Assembly (NCBI GenBank): GCA_963850905.1
Contig: CAWKMU010000003.1
Span: 2,112,001 to 2,176,000, forward strand
Length of the DNA: 64,000 bases
Reading direction: 5' to 3'
Source of the DNA: an uncultured Gemmatimonadales bacterium
GTDB taxonomy: Bacteria > Gemmatimonadota > Gemmatimonadetes > Gemmatimonadales > Gemmatimonadaceae
In this document: positions 1-11,820 of the stretch, in pieces
Numbering within the stretch: position 1 is the stretch's first letter
How the letters are laid out: each line of letters begins with the position of its first letter
The notes under the pieces: generated by a model
What the model was told of the DNA's origin: nothing
What the model saw: the letters and a program-made list of their open reading frames with translations, nothing else
Database searches by the model: none
Translations under genes and position numbers: made by a program

Positions 1-321
1 ACCGTGTTGCTCGATGGAGAGCCGGTCAAATCCTGCACCGTGCTCGCCGTCCAGGCCGACGGGCGAGAGCTCATGACCGTGGAAGGGCTGGAGCAGAACG
101 GAGCGCTCAACCCAATCCAGGAGGGTTTCCACGAGGAGCACGGCCTGCAATGCGGCTACTGCACCCCGGGGATGATGATGGCGGGATATGCGCTCCTGAA
201 ACGCACCCGCGACCCGAGTGAGGGGGAGATTCGGCACGCCATCTCCGGCAATCTGTGCCGGTGCACCGGATACGTGAACATCGTCAAGTCCATCCAGTAC
301 GCCGCCGCGAAGCAGCGGTAG
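1..321 (+). CDS. coxS: Carbon monoxide dehydrogenase small (2Fe-2S) subunit, 5' partial
   Basis: QCGYCTPG and GNLCRCTGY Fe-S motifs; directly upstream of coxL; frame open to window edge. Confidence 0.93.
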   Translation, partial: TVLLDGEPVKSCTVLAVQADGRELMTVEGLEQNGALNPIQEGFHEEHGLQCGYCTPGMMMAGYALLKRTRDPSEGEIRHAISGNLCRCTGYVNIVKSIQYAAAKQR

Positions 322-332
322 GGAGTTTCCAT

Positions 333-2701
<2,369 letters not shown>

Positions 2702-2747
2702 CAACCTCGGCCGCCAGGCGTAAGATGGTGCCACGATCCGCGGGCGG

Positions 2748-3236
2748 ATGACCGCGGGCGGGCCCAACCCTCGGCGCATGAAAGCGGCTGGCGTCGTGCC
2801 CGCCCCGTTCACGTCTTATGCGTACTACAACGCCGACAAGTTCCACTTCTACGGCGAAGACTTGATGCGTCGGTGCATGGCGTTTCGCTCTTTCGCGGAC
2901 GCTGGCGTTCCCGCGGCGGCGGGCTCGGACTTCCCGCCGGGTCCGTTCGCTCCCCTCATGGGTATGCAAGGCATGGTGACCCGTACGGGCTGGAACGGCG
3001 AGACTTGGGGAGCGAACCAGCGCATCACCGTGGACCAGGCTCTCCAGGTGATGACGATCAACGGCGCCCACGCTTCGTTCGAGGAGGAGAGCAAGGGATC
3101 GATCACGCCAGGCAAGTTTGCCGACTTCGTGATCCTGGCGGACGATCCGCACACGGTGGACGCGAGCAAGATCAAGGACATCGAGGTCGTGCGGACCGTG
3201 ACGGGCGGCAACACGGTCTACTCGGCCACCACCTAG
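2748..3236 (+). pseudogene. C-terminal fragment of an amidohydrolase-3 family protein
   Basis: AGSDFPP, TINGAHASFEE..KGSITPGKFADFVIL, RTVTGG are the family C-terminus; N-terminal metal-binding region absent. Confidence 0.75.
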
Positions 3237-3240
3237 AACG

Positions 3241-4506
3241 TCATACCACGCGGCGCGGCAGCAGCGGGTTGAGGTGCATCGACAGATCGTATACCGAGGT
3301 GCCGCACGCCGCGGCGACGTCCTCGGGGCGTGACCCGGGCTGGGCATCGAACATCGTCGCCACATCGCCGATCTTGACGCGCGGCTCGTTCGCTGCTGCT
3401 GTGAGGAACGTGCTATCGACCCCGAGCTCCGCGATGCAGTGGCTGGCCGACACGGCCGCGATCAGCGGATACAACTCCCCATTGATGCGGATCTTGGCGC
3501 CCTTGGCGGCCACCCGCGGCCACCCATCGGCATGTCCAACCGGGACCGTCGCGACCCAGACCTCGTCGCTCGCCGTATATGCACGGTCGTACCCAGCCGT
3601 GTCGCCCTTGCGCAGGCGCTTGACGTACGCGACGCGCGCCTTGAGACTGATCGCCGGGTGCAGCTCCATCACGCCGCTCTGGCGGAACTGGTTCTCGGGA
3701 TACATGCCGTAAATGGCCATGCCGGGGCGCACCATGTCGAGGAACGCATCGGGCTGCTGAAACAGCCCGAAACTGGAGGCTGCGTGTTTGGCGCCGAGGG
3801 CGACGCCGTCGCGCTCGAGACCGCCACAGACGTCCTGGAATCGGCGGAGCTGCTCCGGGTCGAGATCTGCATCCTCGGTAAAGGTCATCATCGTCCCACG
3901 AATCTCGATCGACCGGTGGGTCGCGAGCTCGCGGACGAGCGGTGCTGCATCGCGGTACGGCACGCCGACCCGACCGAGACCAGTATCAATGCAGACATGA
4001 ATCGGGATACGCCGCTGTCGCTTGGCCGCAATCCGATCGAGTGCCGGTCCCATCGGGGTGTACACCATCGGCATCACATCCCGCGCGACGGCATCCGCGA
4101 GGTTGGTCTCATCCACGGGGCCCAGCAGCAGAATTGGTTTGCGGATTGCCGCGTCACGAAGAGTCATGGCCTCGTGCAGCTTCACCACGGCAAACCCGGC
4201 GATCGAGGGCTCGGGCTCGAGTAGCCGAGCGACGGTGGCGACGCCCGTGCCGTAGCCGTCGTTCTTGATCACGGCCAGGATCGGCCGCGAGGCCACGCGT
4301 CGCGAGATCTCGAGCACGTTGTGGTGTAGGTGGTCCGCAGAGACCTCGACCCATGGATCGAACGACGAGTCACGGGACGCCACACTCGTCGTCGGCGCGG
4401 ACGCCGTGTCCGGTCGAGCAGCCTCGCCCAAGATACCGCGCGCTGCCCGCAGCGCCGCAGGCAGGCCCAGCCCGCCAGCGAGGATAGATCGCCGCGAGAG
4501 ACTCAT
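3241..4506 (-). CDS. Alanine racemase family PLP enzyme with Tat signal peptide
   Basis: AVIKNDGYG PLP lysine, DTGLGRVG, DMVRPGMAIYG, GYDRAY; N-terminal SRRSIL twin-arginine motif; start could be 4566. Confidence 0.85.
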   Translation of the reverse strand: MSLSRRSILAGGLGLPAALRAARGILGEAARPDTASAPTTSVASRDSSFDPWVEVSADHLHHNVLEISRRVASRPILAVIKNDGYGTGVATVARLLEPEPSIAGFAVVKLHEAMTLRDAAIRKPILLLGPVDETNLADAVARDVMPMVYTPMGPALDRIAAKRQRRIPIHVCIDTGLGRVGVPYRDAAPLVRELATHRSIEIRGTMMTFTEDADLDPEQLRRFQDVCGGLERDGVALGAKHAASSFGLFQQPDAFLDMVRPGMAIYGMYPENQFRQSGVMELHPAISLKARVAYVKRLRKGDTAGYDRAYTASDEVWVATVPVGHADGWPRVAAKGAKIRINGELYPLIAAVSASHCIAELGVDSTFLTAAANEPRVKIGDVATMFDAQPGSRPEDVAAACGTSVYDLSMHLNPLLPRRVV

Positions 4507-4531
4507 CGCTTTCGACGGAGTGCCGGGTCCA

Positions 4532-6424
4532 TCACTCCGATCCGCCGGTGACTGGCGATCTGACATTCATGACACTGCGATACATCGCCTGTTGCGCCTG
4601 GGACGGATTGGGCGCCGGGGCGAGCATGTATCCAGGATGTGGATTGTCCGCGAGGGTCACGGGGACTTGGCGCACGAGGTCATGGTGCAGCACCGTGAAT
4701 GTCACACGCTCCCCCGAACGTCTCGTGCTGAGCGAGCGTTCGATGCTGTCCCGATCGCCTGATTGGTCGTCGAGTGCGACCACAACGTCGCCCCGATCGA
4801 GGCCGCCCTGTTCGGCCGGGCTCCCGGGAATGATGTTGCCGATGACTGGCCGGCCGTCGGTGGCCGTCGCCAGCACGATGCCCGACCAGCCGTGTGTCGA
4901 TGCAACCCGCTTCACGTCGATTCCCGCGTAACCGAAGTCGCGCTCGTAGGGCAACGGGTCCTTGCCGTAGAGGTAGCGGCGGAAAAACTCGCTCATGTCG
5001 CTGCCGGTAACCTCGGACGCGACGTGGACCACGTCACTGTCCGCAAACCCCGGCTTCGGAAGCGCGAAGCGCTGATACATGACCCGCATCCAATCGTCGA
5101 GAGATTTCTGGTCGTTCGTGCGCTGACGGATTTCGAGATCGAGCAACACGCCCAGGGCTTGACCCCCGTCGTAGTAGGAGTAGTTCGTGTTGAGAATGTT
5201 TGTGGCCAGGTTCCCCGGTCCCGCGCTGCCGCCAATGTAGCCGAACCAGGTGTCCCAACTGGTTTCGGCGATGCTGCGCTCCGTTCGTCCCGGCATTGCG
5301 TCCAGCGCGCTCATCATGCGACCGACGTACCCCAGGTACTGTTCCGGAGTCCAGTACCCAGAGCGGAGCAACGCGAGACAGGCGTAGTACGACGTCAGGC
5401 CCTCCGAGATCCACAATGACGGCGTGTGCACCATCTGCGTGTAGTCGAACGGGCCCAGTGGGCGCGGCCGCAGACGCTTGACATTCCAGGCGTGAAAGAG
5501 CTCGTGGACAGCGACGAAGACCTTCGCCTCATAGACGTTGGTCACGTAGTCGTGGGTCGTGGTGGTGCTGTCACCCCAGTCCCGCGAATACGAGATCTTG
5601 GTCGAGTTCAAATGCTCCGTGCCGCCACCGAGCCCGTTGCCGGGCGCGATGTGGATGAGGAACCAGTAGTCCGGGAACGGCGCAGCGAGCGGGCCACCGA
5701 CCGCCGGCGCCAGAATCGGCACCAGGCCCTTCTCGATGATGCGTTGCATGTCGCGAGTGAACTGCGTGTAATCCTGCTTCCCCATCTCGTCGTGCACGAT
5801 GAAGTGGTACGTCGTGCCGAGAACTGAAATGTCCTTCTCCGTGAATGCAGCAATCTCGATCGGGCAGTCGGCAAACCAGTCGTAGTCGGCTGCCCGAAAC
5901 ATCGTCGCACCCATGCGGTTGAGGCCCGTTGCGATCTTCCAGTCTCCGGGAAGCTGCGACGTATTGATGGTGAGCTCGATGGGCCGCTCCTTCCCATCAA
6001 CCTGGTACATCCAGACGGCAGGGCCATTGATGGCGACGTGCCGGTCGTCGTATTGGATAGACCCGAGCGAATTCGAATAGACCCTGTAGTGGATGACAGC
6101 ACCACCCGTAGCGCGTAGGTCCACCTCCCAGGTCTGTGCGTCGGTCTTGCGCCAGGGAAGCGCATGGCCAGCGCTGTCGCTCGCACTGAAGTCCTGCACT
6201 TCCGTTGCGAAATTCCGCACGCCATACGCGCCGGGGCCCCAGACGGGGAGCGAGAAGCGCACGGTTTTTCCCACAAGCCCGCTCGAGCGAATGGTGACAT
6301 CCACCAGGTGGGTATTCCATCGCTCGAACCCGAGCTCGTAACGGAGCGGCTGCGCAGCAACACACACGGCCGGGAACAGGGGGCTCAGGGCGACCGCAGC
6401 CCACGCGTACCTGAAGGAGCGCAT
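4532..6424 (-). CDS. M61 glycyl aminopeptidase family protein with C-terminal PDZ domain, exported
   Basis: GGGTEHLNS, HELFHAWNVKRLRP, LWISEGLTSYY, GSPAEQGGL PDZ; signal peptide. Confidence 0.92.
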   Translation of the reverse strand: MRSFRYAWAAVALSPLFPAVCVAAQPLRYELGFERWNTHLVDVTIRSSGLVGKTVRFSLPVWGPGAYGVRNFATEVQDFSASDSAGHALPWRKTDAQTWEVDLRATGGAVIHYRVYSNSLGSIQYDDRHVAINGPAVWMYQVDGKERPIELTINTSQLPGDWKIATGLNRMGATMFRAADYDWFADCPIEIAAFTEKDISVLGTTYHFIVHDEMGKQDYTQFTRDMQRIIEKGLVPILAPAVGGPLAAPFPDYWFLIHIAPGNGLGGGTEHLNSTKISYSRDWGDSTTTTHDYVTNVYEAKVFVAVHELFHAWNVKRLRPRPLGPFDYTQMVHTPSLWISEGLTSYYACLALLRSGYWTPEQYLGYVGRMMSALDAMPGRTERSIAETSWDTWFGYIGGSAGPGNLATNILNTNYSYYDGGQALGVLLDLEIRQRTNDQKSLDDWMRVMYQRFALPKPGFADSDVVHVASEVTGSDMSEFFRRYLYGKDPLPYERDFGYAGIDVKRVASTHGWSGIVLATATDGRPVIGNIIPGSPAEQGGLDRGDVVVALDDQSGDRDSIERSLSTRRSGERVTFTVLHHDLVRQVPVTLADNPHPGYMLAPAPNPSQAQQAMYRSVMNVRSPVTGGSE

Positions 6425-6541
6425 GACTTTCTCCGGTTGTCGTACCCGCGTCGAACCAGCGTCGGGACCCCCAACCTATCCCGCTAGCGACCCGGTGGCG
6501 AGCGCCCGGCCCCGGAGGCGAAGGCCTGGCCGCCCGGCACG

Positions 6542-7069
6542 GCCGGATCCGCGGCCTATTTCAAACACGGGCCGGTTGACTCCTTCGCAGTTGTGCATCT
6601 CGCGACTCACGCCATCGTGGATGAGCGCACGGTCGCACGAACCGCACTGGCCCTTGTCGGCGGTCACGGAGGGAGCGGGTTCGTCACTCCGGCGGACTTG
6701 GCGAGACGCCCACTCCGAGCCGACCTGGTGGTGCTGTCCGCGTGTCGCGCTGCAGGTGGCGTGCTCGTGGCCGGAGAAGGTGTGCAAGGCCTCACGGCGC
6801 CGATCCTGGCCGCCGGCGCTCGGGCCGTCGTGGCGTCACAGTGGGAGATCGGGGACCGCGCGACCGTACGATTCATGCGTGAGTTCTATCACGCGCTCGC
6901 CGCGGGCAGCCCCGCCGACGAGGCACTTCGACTTGCGGGCCTCCACGAGATGCGGAACGGGGGATCGCCGACGCAGTGGGCGGCGTTCACGATTACCGGA
7001 GACCCGGCTGTGCGGGAACAGCTGGTCGTCCCGCGCTTCGAATGGCTGTGGCGCGTCCTCGGACGTTGA
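6542..7069 (+). pseudogene. C-terminal CHAT (caspase-like) domain fragment
   Basis: VHLATHA, LVVLSACR, AGARAVVASQW, WAAFTITGDP; in-frame stop at 6485 and no N-terminal TPR region. Confidence 0.75.
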
Positions 7070-7149
7070 CGACAGCCTCCCGCCCGGGCCCTCGAGCATT
7101 ACGTTCTGTCGCTCCTCGTCGAGCCCTTCATGGCCGGCACGCCGACGAG

Positions 7150-7639
7150 TTAGAGCGTGAGGAACATGATGTAGGCGTCGACGAACCCCTTCGTCGGGTG
7201 GGCGAACGCGCGTGGCAGCGTGCCGACGATCGCGAAACCGAGCTCCTTGTACAGCCGGATCGCTCGTTCGTTGGTGCTGATGACGAAGTTGTATTGGATA
7301 CCGTGGAACCCGAGCGCGCGTGCTCGTGCGATCGAGTCCTCGCACATGGTGCGTCCAACGCCGCGGCCGCTCGCCCACGGGCCCACCATGTATCCGCAGT
7401 TCGCAATGTGTGAACCGCCAGCCGGACGGACCCTTCGCACGCAGTACGTGCCGAGCACCTCACCGGTGTCCTCGGCGACGTAGACGCTCAATGCCGCGTC
7501 GAACCAGTAGGCGAGTGCCTGGTCGCGCGTCATGTCACGCGGCAGGGCGTACGTCTCCCCACTTTGAATGATGGGCGCCATCACACGCCAGAATGGCATC
7601 GCGGTCGTCCGCACCAGCGAGCCGAACATGGAGTGGCAC
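7150..7639 (-). CDS. GNAT N-acetyltransferase; apparent frameshift at ~7592
   Basis: GRGVGR motif A, VISTNERAIRLYKELGF; removing one base at CATTCT gives MPLHVRLAGADDRDAIWRV from GTG 7639 with a GAGGA RBS. Confidence 0.88.
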
Positions 7640-7722
7640 GCTCAATCCTCTATCTCACGCAAAAAACGGTGCCGGCTGACGGCTGCACGGGCCTGTGCCG
7701 TGATCGGTTGTGGCGAGCTCCC

Positions 7723-9264
7723 TCACACGGGCACCCCCGCTGTCTCCGGCGTCTCCGGCGCCCACTGGTCATCGCGAGTGCGGTCAACTGCCCACGAGGT
7801 CAAATGTCTCCTGATCACGACTGACGCGACGGCCCAGTACGCGAGGAAGGCGGGCAGGAACTGCCGGAAGCGCCAGTCAAAGAAGCGGACCGGCATTGCG
7901 GTTGTTCGTCCGGTGATGAAGCGCGGCAGCACGTAATCCGTGATTTCATTGGGCACATACGAGTCGAACACGTTGCTCGACGCACACATGAGTGCGAGGA
8001 CTAGACTGACACTACCTAGCGCGAGCGCGGCGGTGCGCCAGTGGCGTTGTGGCGAGAGCCAGAGGAAACCAAGCGGCAAGCAGGCGAAGGGGAGCATGGC
8101 CACAATGTGCCGCGGGCCCGTCGAATAGCCGCCGTTCCAATAGAAATAGGAGGCGTTGAGGGTAAGGTAGTATGCCACGATCAGTGTCACTGTAAGCGCC
8201 AACCCGCGATCTGCCGATCGTCGGTTCATCTGCGCAATCGCGACCGGCACGAGCAGCAGGAGTGGGCACAGGAGCAGGATGCCTCGCTGCACACCGAAGG
8301 TGATCTCGTACAACACGTGCAGGCTCGGTAACCCAATGCCAAGCAGCCCTTGCCGCATGCCGGGGAACCCCTGGACGGATTCGTAGCCGAGGTGCCACGG
8401 AGCCCCAAACGCGAGCCAGTCGTAGAGGAACAACGGGCTGGCGCACACGAGGGTTGTAATCAGCGCACACGCAACCGGCACGCGCCACCGTTCGGAAAAC
8501 AGGTGGACCCGGCGCGCCTGATGGACGGCGATGATGAGGGCGACCGGAGCCGCGGTGAATTCGGTCATCACGGCCCAAGTAAGAAACGCCGTGCCGATCG
8601 CAATTGTCGCAAGAGCGCGGCGACTCGAAGGATTGCGCTCCAGCGTCTGGAAGCAGGCGAATCCCAGGAACGACAGGGCTCCAGCCGGCGCGTGCCCAAT
8701 GAACACCGTCGCCCAGCCAAACGTCGGACTAGCGAGCCCATACGCCCCAGCGGCGAAGGCCGCTCCCCATGGGCTGCCCCACAGGTTGAGCGTCACCAAG
8801 AAGAGCGCCCCCACCGCGAGCGCCACCAGGAGCGAAGACGTCGAAAGCCCGGCGGCGTACACGAGCCGGTCGTAGCTGAGACCGGACGGGGATGTTTCGG
8901 CCGCACTGTCGTGCGCGTATCGTTGCCGATCCGACGACGTCCACAGCAGGGCCGCGGCTGGAACGGCCATGAAGCTCAGCCCCGGCGCTTTGTCCGAGTA
9001 GAAGTGCCCGTCGCGGTACGCCCTATCGATCGTGAATTTGGCGTACCGGTCGATGGTCAGCTGATGGTGTCGAGTGATCGACTCCGTGAGAGCGATCCGA
9101 CTGATGACGTTACCCGTTCGTGGATCCTGGATGAAGCTGGCGTAAGTGAGGAACGCCGTCAGCGCCAGCAGCGCGGCCGCGCGGACCAATGGCCGAGCCA
9201 GCGCGGGGTCGGTGCGGGTCGCAACGCCTTGGGCGGGTGCGGCTTGACGTGCTATGTGGCCCAT
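7723..9264 (-). CDS. Polytopic membrane protein, probable GT-C fold glycosyltransferase-like
   Basis: Many TM segments; GHFYSDKAPG loop and GGYSTGPRH motif. Confidence 0.6.
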   Translation of the reverse strand: MGHIARQAAPAQGVATRTDPALARPLVRAAALLALTAFLTYASFIQDPRTGNVISRIALTESITRHHQLTIDRYAKFTIDRAYRDGHFYSDKAPGLSFMAVPAAALLWTSSDRQRYAHDSAAETSPSGLSYDRLVYAAGLSTSSLLVALAVGALFLVTLNLWGSPWGAAFAAGAYGLASPTFGWATVFIGHAPAGALSFLGFACFQTLERNPSSRRALATIAIGTAFLTWAVMTEFTAAPVALIIAVHQARRVHLFSERWRVPVACALITTLVCASPLFLYDWLAFGAPWHLGYESVQGFPGMRQGLLGIGLPSLHVLYEITFGVQRGILLLCPLLLLVPVAIAQMNRRSADRGLALTVTLIVAYYLTLNASYFYWNGGYSTGPRHIVAMLPFACLPLGFLWLSPQRHWRTAALALGSVSLVLALMCASSNVFDSYVPNEITDYVLPRFITGRTTAMPVRFFDWRFRQFLPAFLAYWAVASVVIRRHLTSWAVDRTRDDQWAPETPETAGVPV

Positions 9265-9519
9265 GGATCGTTGCACCAGTGACCCTTCCGCCTCGATGAT
9301 GGTCACACATGCCAATCCAGCACTGGCCCCCCACGCAGGGCTCCCAAACTTGGACGCTCTCCCTCCCCGGCGGAAGCGCGGCATCGCCGGAGTAGCGGAG
9401 AATTGATGCAGTGAGAGACTGGCGCGAGCGGGCGGCCACCACGCGATGTCACCTCAGGTGGCCTGGTCGGCACCACCGTGTATGTTGTACCGGCACCGTT
9501 CCGTTCAAGGAGAATCGGG

Positions 9520-10908
9520 ATGCTCAAGACAGTGATCGCCGGCACCGCTCTGATCTTGACGGCGGCAGCGACGGCAACACGCGAGACGCCGGGCACGGTA
9601 CCCGATGGTTTTACCTTCGCTGCCGGTGGCGATTTGATCGGCCCGTACCACACGCTGCAGGGGGTTGACGATCGCCCGTTTCTCACCGGCGTCGTGCCAC
9701 TGTTCAAGAGCGCCGATCTCGGGTTCGCGAATCAGGAAGGGTCGATCTTCGATCTCAAGCCCTTCCAGGGGTCGCCAGCAGCAGAGAACGGGGGTGGCAT
9801 ACCGCTCTCGCCACTCGCCGTGGCAGGTGATCTCAAGGGCATGGGTATCACGATCGTCTCCAAGGCCAATAACCACGCCACGGACTGGGGCACTGAAGGA
9901 CTGGTCGTTACGCAACAGTCACTGACCGCGGCCGGCATCGCCTTCGCTGGGAGCGGGATGAGCGAGGCCGAGGCACGCGCCCCGGGTTATGTCGAGACCT
10001 CCAAAGGCAAGGCGGCGCTCGTCTCGACCGCATCCACCTTCACGCGGATGTCCGTTGCCGGCCCGCCCGGGACGCGGCGCGGCGAACCCACGCGTGCGCG
10101 CCCCGGGATCAGTGCGCTGCACGTCGAAGAAATCCAGCTCCGCCCCGCCAACCAGATCGCCACACTCAGGCGCATCATGTACGGCGGGAGCGGGGAGACG
10201 CACGCGAAGCCCGGCGGTGCGAATCGCGATGAGGTGGAGGTCGGCGGCCAAATCTTCCGCGCCTCCGTGACCGGCAGCGCGACCTGGGAGCTGAACAAGA
10301 CCGACGAAGCCGCCGTGATCAATTCAGTGCACGAGGCGAGGCAGAACGCGAACTTCGTCCTGTTTGCGATTCACGCCCACGAAACAGGCGGGCCGCTCGT
10401 GGATCCGTTTCCGGGTCGCCTGGTCGACCCGACCAATGAAGCCCAGGCGTCTCCGAACGACCCGCACCCGGCCGATTTTGAGCCGGCGTTGTTCCACGCA
10501 GTGATCGACGCTGGTGCAGACGCCGTGGTCCGCACCGGTCCGCACCTGTTGAGCGGCATCGAGATCTACAAGGGGAAGCCGATCTTCTACAGTTTGGGCA
10601 GCCTGTTCTTCGATTTTCAGGGGCGCCGAACGTACACCGTGCCGAGCGGCCAGACCCTCACGTTCCCCGACGAGTGGTTCCAGACGGTCGTGCCAGTGAC
10701 GACGTACAAGGGCGGCAAGGTCAGTGAAATCAAGCTCTATCCGATGGAGATCGAATCGAGTGACACGCCGACGGGCGGGGCGCCGCATCCCGCCAGCCCC
10801 GACCAGGCGCGCCGCATTCTCGAGCGGCTGAAGACGCTCTCCGCCGCGTTTGGAACCGAGATCACCATCGAGAACGACATCGGCATCATCCGCATGCCGA
10901 CGACGTAA
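9520..10908 (+). CDS. CapA (PGA_cap) family metallophosphoesterase-like protein, exported
   Basis: GGDL, ANQEG, ANNHATDWG, IHAHE, GPH, YSLG motifs; AGGAG RBS; signal peptide. Confidence 0.88.
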   Translation: MLKTVIAGTALILTAAATATRETPGTVPDGFTFAAGGDLIGPYHTLQGVDDRPFLTGVVPLFKSADLGFANQEGSIFDLKPFQGSPAAENGGGIPLSPLAVAGDLKGMGITIVSKANNHATDWGTEGLVVTQQSLTAAGIAFAGSGMSEAEARAPGYVETSKGKAALVSTASTFTRMSVAGPPGTRRGEPTRARPGISALHVEEIQLRPANQIATLRRIMYGGSGETHAKPGGANRDEVEVGGQIFRASVTGSATWELNKTDEAAVINSVHEARQNANFVLFAIHAHETGGPLVDPFPGRLVDPTNEAQASPNDPHPADFEPALFHAVIDAGADAVVRTGPHLLSGIEIYKGKPIFYSLGSLFFDFQGRRTYTVPSGQTLTFPDEWFQTVVPVTTYKGGKVSEIKLYPMEIESSDTPTGGAPHPASPDQARRILERLKTLSAAFGTEITIENDIGIIRMPTT

Positions 10909-11060
10909 CCACGATCCGCCCAGCTAATGGTCTATCTCGGAGATGACTCGCAGGTCTCATGATGTGAAGCGTCGTCGCACAGGACATGGACTCGCGCGTT
11001 CTCCAGCATGCGGCCCTGTTGGCACGCGGCGACTGAGCGCACCAACAGGAGGCGCTGACA

Positions 11061-11579
11061 CTACTTGACTGCGGAGATAAATGCGCTGGCGAGATCTGGG
11101 CCGCCCCTGGCGCCGATCATACTCCCGAGCGCGGGCGTGAGTTGATTCACCTGCGTCGGCGTGATACCCGCCTTTGACAGCATTGGGGTGATGCTGCTCA
11201 GACCCGTGAGCGAGCTCGCGGCGGGGAGCCCCGCCTTCTGAGCGGTTCCGATCAGACTGCTGGTGCCAGGTATCGCGTTCGCGACCTGGGAAAACTGATC
11301 AGTTGGCATCTTCGCCTGCGCGAGGCCGAGCAACGAGCCGGCGCCGAGCGCCGCCTGCGAGCTCGACATGCCGGGCACGGCGCTCGCGAGCGAATTGACG
11401 ATCGAGCTCGAGGCGCTCGATCCGCCTGAAGCCACCTCGCCCGACGAGGTCGTGGCCGTGGTCTCGGGGCTCGACTTGTGGCAGGCAGCGACCGCGGTCG
11501 CGCCGGCAAGCGCCAATACTCCGACGAGCGCACTGCGGCGGCCACGGTGGGGTCCGCTCGGTGTAGGAATGGTCAGCAT
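11061..11579 (-). CDS. Lipoprotein, DUF2780-like
   Basis: Lipobox AVAAC; SQAALGAGSLLGLA..FSQVANAIPG pattern; GGAGG upstream. Confidence 0.65.
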   Translation of the reverse strand: MLTIPTPSGPHRGRRSALVGVLALAGATAVAACHKSSPETTATTSSGEVASGGSSASSSIVNSLASAVPGMSSSQAALGAGSLLGLAQAKMPTDQFSQVANAIPGTSSLIGTAQKAGLPAASSLTGLSSITPMLSKAGITPTQVNQLTPALGSMIGARGGPDLASAFISAVK

Positions 11580-11820
11580 GCAGTTCCTCCCTGGTCGTTG
11601 TGTGGGAATGTTCCGTCGTTGTGTGCGTCGCCTTTGGGTCGCCGCCCGAGTCACGCACGCGGCGCGCCAAACCGAACACCCGGTCGTTGGCCGACGCAGC
11701 TCGATCCGCGCCCTGATCGTTGCAGAACAGCGTGGTATCGGCGAAAGTGGACTTTGGTCGTCCTGTGCCTCAGCACCGCGGCGAAATTCGCGCGATGTCG
11801 TGCGTGGCTGAGCCCCGAAA

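Noticed and set aside
9390..9470. Glycine-riboswitch-like words (GAGAGAC...CTCAGG) upstream of the CapA gene
   Set aside because: The central GCCGAAG element and supporting stems are not evident; an Rfam scan would settle it
11016..11049. Imperfect hairpin between convergent CapA and lipoprotein genes
   Set aside because: Mismatched stem and no U tract; too weak to call
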